In this document: positions 62,325-64,000 of the stretch, in pieces
How the letters are laid out: each line of letters starts with the position of its first letter
How positions within the stretch are numbered: the first letter of the stretch is position 1
Assembly (NCBI GenBank): GCA_963664395.2
Contig: OY761159.2
Location: 32,001 to 96,000 of the forward strand
Source of the DNA: Candidatus Binatia bacterium
GTDB lineage: Bacteria; Desulfobacterota; Binatia; Bin18
Direction: 5' to 3'
Length of the DNA: 64,000 nt
Position numbers and translations under genes: made by a program
The notes under the pieces: model-generated
What the model was told of the DNA's origin: nothing
Database searches by the model: none
What the model saw: the letters and a program-made list of their open reading frames with translations, nothing else

Positions 62325-63731
62325 ATGGAAGCTGTAACTGAAACCCCGGTTCAAGCCGTCTCACCCGAACGCCTGCCGGTCGTTGCCCTGGTTGGACGAC
62401 CGAACGTTGGCAAATCAACGTTCTTTAATCGTCTGAGTCACAGGCGCAAGGCCGTAGTAGACAATACCCCTGGTGTCACCCGGGACCGCAATTTCGCCCA
62501 AGTACAATGGGATCATACACCGTTTTTGCTCGTGGATACCGGCGGTATCGAGTTGAGCGAAAAGGAGGGTATAGTCGGACGGGTCCAGGAACAGACGCGT
62601 GTGGCCATTGAGGAAGCCGACCTTGTTATTTTTTTGCTCGATGGCAAAGAAGGCATCAATCCGGCAGATGCGCAAGCCGTTGATTTACTCCGGCGGAGTG
62701 ACACGCCTGTTTTTTTTGCTGTCAACAAGATCGATGGCGACAAGCAGGAACTCACCTCGAACGAGTTCTACACCCTTGGCCTCGAATCTCTCTTTCCTAT
62801 CTCGGCCGCACACGGTCGGGGCATTGCCGATCTGCTGGATACTGTTGTCGAGACCTTTTCAGAACGTGAAGCGGCTCCTGACGCCGCAGCGCCATCTGTC
62901 AAACCCGACCTCAGGCTCGCTATCATTGGTCGTCCCAATGTCGGCAAATCTTCGCTCCTCAACCGCCTTGTGGGAGTAGAGCGCTCCATTGTTGACGCCA
63001 CTCCGGGGACGACGCGCGATGCCGTTGATAGCCGGCTGGTCTGGCAGGGCAAGCATATTCTGCTGGTCGATACCGCCGGCGTGCGCCGGCGTACGCGCAT
63101 TCATGAGCATATTGAGCAGGCCAGCTCGCTTATCGCCCTGAAGGCCCTGGAACGGGCAGAGATTGGCCTGCTGGTCTTCGACGCACAGGAAGGCATGACC
63201 GACCAGGACGCGCGTCTCATCCGGTATGCCTGGGGGCGCGGGCGCGGCATTGTTCTTGTCGTCAATAAATGGGACCTGATCCCGTCAGACAAAAAAGACC
63301 AGCCCCGATTCATAGACGCGCTGCATGAGGAGTTCCCGGTCACCCACCCCCTACCGATTGTTTTTCTGTCCGCGCTGACAGGCGCGCGGGTCAAGAACCT
63401 GCTACCCACTATTGATCGCGTGGCCCAGGCGCATCGCACCGAGATTCCAACTCCCGTCTTGAACCAAGCGTTTGAACAGTGGACCACCCGCCACCCGGCT
63501 CCCATCTATCATCGCAAGCCGGTCCGCTTTTATTACACGACCCAAGTCGAAACCAGGCCACCCAAAATTGCCGTGTACACCAGCTCGCCAGATGGCGTCC
63601 CGGCACACTACGAGCGCTATTTGGAGAACCAGATCCGAGGCGCGTTTGATCTCGAAGGCACGCCTGTCCGGCTCGACTTCCGCGCCCGCCGCCCGCAACG
63701 GTATGGGCGGGATGGGAAAAAGCGTCGCTGA
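62325..63731 (+). CDS. der: ribosome biogenesis GTPase Der/EngA
   Basis: Two G domains (GRPNVGKS, GVTRD/GTTRD, DTGG/DTAG, NKxD) and a KH-like tail. Confidence 0.96.
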   Translation: MEAVTETPVQAVSPERLPVVALVGRPNVGKSTFFNRLSHRRKAVVDNTPGVTRDRNFAQVQWDHTPFLLVDTGGIELSEKEGIVGRVQEQTRVAIEEADLVIFLLDGKEGINPADAQAVDLLRRSDTPVFFAVNKIDGDKQELTSNEFYTLGLESLFPISAAHGRGIADLLDTVVETFSEREAAPDAAAPSVKPDLRLAIIGRPNVGKSSLLNRLVGVERSIVDATPGTTRDAVDSRLVWQGKHILLVDTAGVRRRTRIHEHIEQASSLIALKALERAEIGLLVFDAQEGMTDQDARLIRYAWGRGRGIVLVVNKWDLIPSDKKDQPRFIDALHEEFPVTHPLPIVFLSALTGARVKNLLPTIDRVAQAHRTEIPTPVLNQAFEQWTTRHPAPIYHRKPVRFYYTTQVETRPPKIAVYTSSPDGVPAHYERYLENQIRGAFDLEGTPVRLDFRARRPQRYGRDGKKRR

Positions 63732-63801
63732 CACAGGCGCTGGCAGGAAACGGCGTGCAGCCCAGATCGTTCATTGATGGTCGCGGCAAGAGCAAACGGT
63801 T

Positions 63802-64000
63802 TTAGTACACCCCCGTCGGCAATTTGGTATGATCCCAGCTTGAGGTTTTAACCGGTGTAATCTTGAGCACGGCGCGTTTTTTGGCACGCTCTTTCAGCGC
63901 CGCGTCTTCCGACCGTGTCACCGTTGTTCCCTGGAAGTCACGCACTTCTTTCATGATCTGCCAGACTTTTTCCGGCTCGTCGATCACTTCACACTCGCCC
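63802..64000 (-). CDS. PPOX/F420-dependent split-barrel protein, 5'-partial
   Basis: C-terminal KRAVLKITPVKTSSWDHTKL pattern; runs off the window end. Confidence 0.65.
   Translation of the reverse strand, partial: GECEVIDEPEKVWQIMKEVRDFQGTTVTRSEDAALKERAKKRAVLKITPVKTSSWDHTKLPTGVY

Overview
Gene-dense, moderately GC-rich bacterial chromosome segment. The housekeeping order (recJ-secF-secD-yajC-tgt-queA, nfeD/SPFH, coaBC, trmB, tkt, folP, queG, der) and the many F420/flavin oxidoreductases, acyl-CoA dehydrogenases and CoA-transferase resemble a deltaproteobacterial or Binatota-like organism, possibly host-associated (inference only). Defence genes include a partial Type I HsdR, a VapBC-type pair, an orphan PLD nuclease cassette inserted between queA and tgt, and an MmeI-like Type IIL enzyme. 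I found no rRNA, tRNA, CRISPR array, transposase or reverse transcriptase. Main observations: (1) a ~1300-aa mosaic secreted protein (CxxCH domain, GLUG repeats, FN3, a 15-bp VNTR linker that frameshifts it, and two copies of an unnamed ~130-aa domain). (2) The same unnamed domain recurs at the N-terminus of an unrelated secreted protein 38 kb away. (3) The large gene sits inside a decayed tandem duplication whose breakpoint is a GTAG-type REP hairpin. (4) The queA/tgt insert carries a PLD nuclease with a possible helix-hairpin-helix reader, plus an unannotated, decaying mini-ParB/Srx and tyrosine-phosphatase gene pair. (5) An AOR-accessory-like operon lacks its catalytic subunit and encodes a MoaD with an extended C-terminus. 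All product calls come from motif recognition by eye; no database searches were run.
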